DNA from: an uncultured Spirochaetota bacterium
Lineage (GTDB): Bacteria; Spirochaetota; Brevinematia; Brevinematales; JAOACQ01
Assembly: GCA_963783575.1 (NCBI GenBank)
Contig: CAWAOD010000005.1
Location: forward strand, 32,001-96,000
Reading direction: 5' to 3'
DNA length: 64,000 bases
A program made the position numbers and the translations under genes. The stretch's first letter is position 1, and each line of letters opens with the position of its first letter. The notes under the pieces were generated by a model. It saw only the letters and a list, made by a program, of their open reading frames with translations. It had not been told where the DNA came from and did no database searches. Shown here piece after piece: positions 63,789 through 64,000 of this stretch.

Positions 63789-64000
63789 ATGTATAAAAAA
63801 AGAAGTATAATTGCTTTAACCCGGATAAAAAAAGTACTGAAAATATTTGGCATAATACTTGTTGTAATATTTATTGCAGGGTCAATTGCATATTTATATA
63901 TAACCGGCACTTTTAAACCGGGAAATGCAATTCAATACAGCGTAGCACAAACTGAAGCACTTCAAAGCAGCCCTATATCCGGTAAAACCATATACTTTTT
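63789..64000 (+). CDS. Membrane-anchored protein, possibly an SGNH/GDSL hydrolase; runs off the window
   Basis: Open frame with a TM segment, ending SPISGKTIYF. Confidence 0.5.
   Translation, partial: MYKKRSIIALTRIKKVLKIFGIILVVIFIAGSIAYLYITGTFKPGNAIQYSVAQTEALQSSPISGKTIYF

Overview
Bacterial chromosomal window, AT-rich. The gene repertoire is compatible with a free-living spirochaete, but that is a weak inference. Core genes are rpsP-khpA-rimM-trmD-rplS-rnhB, PBP1A, panB, argF, murC, coaE, a LolCDE-like ABC operon and an M18 aminopeptidase. Three accessory regions interrupt them. (1) 1-6.6 kb: a XerD-like tyrosine recombinase, YefM-YoeB, two start-less polymorphic-toxin tip cassettes each led by a shared motif plus a long hairpin, a dif-like site and a DDE transposase. 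(2) 32.5-40.8 kb: a low-GC three-gene Z1-helicase / small protein / DNA methyltransferase module, an IS110 element whose non-coding region carries readable bridge-RNA-like donor and target guides, and an IS1182 inserted exactly in a hairpin loop. This island is bracketed by copies of a covarying three-hairpin repeat. (3) 49-60.7 kb: an orphan rml cluster, decaying genes, and an ars-type cluster broken by IS1182 and IS21. Several single-base frameshifts, including two in PBP1A, suggest assembly indel errors. All product calls come from motif recognition by eye, with no database searches.
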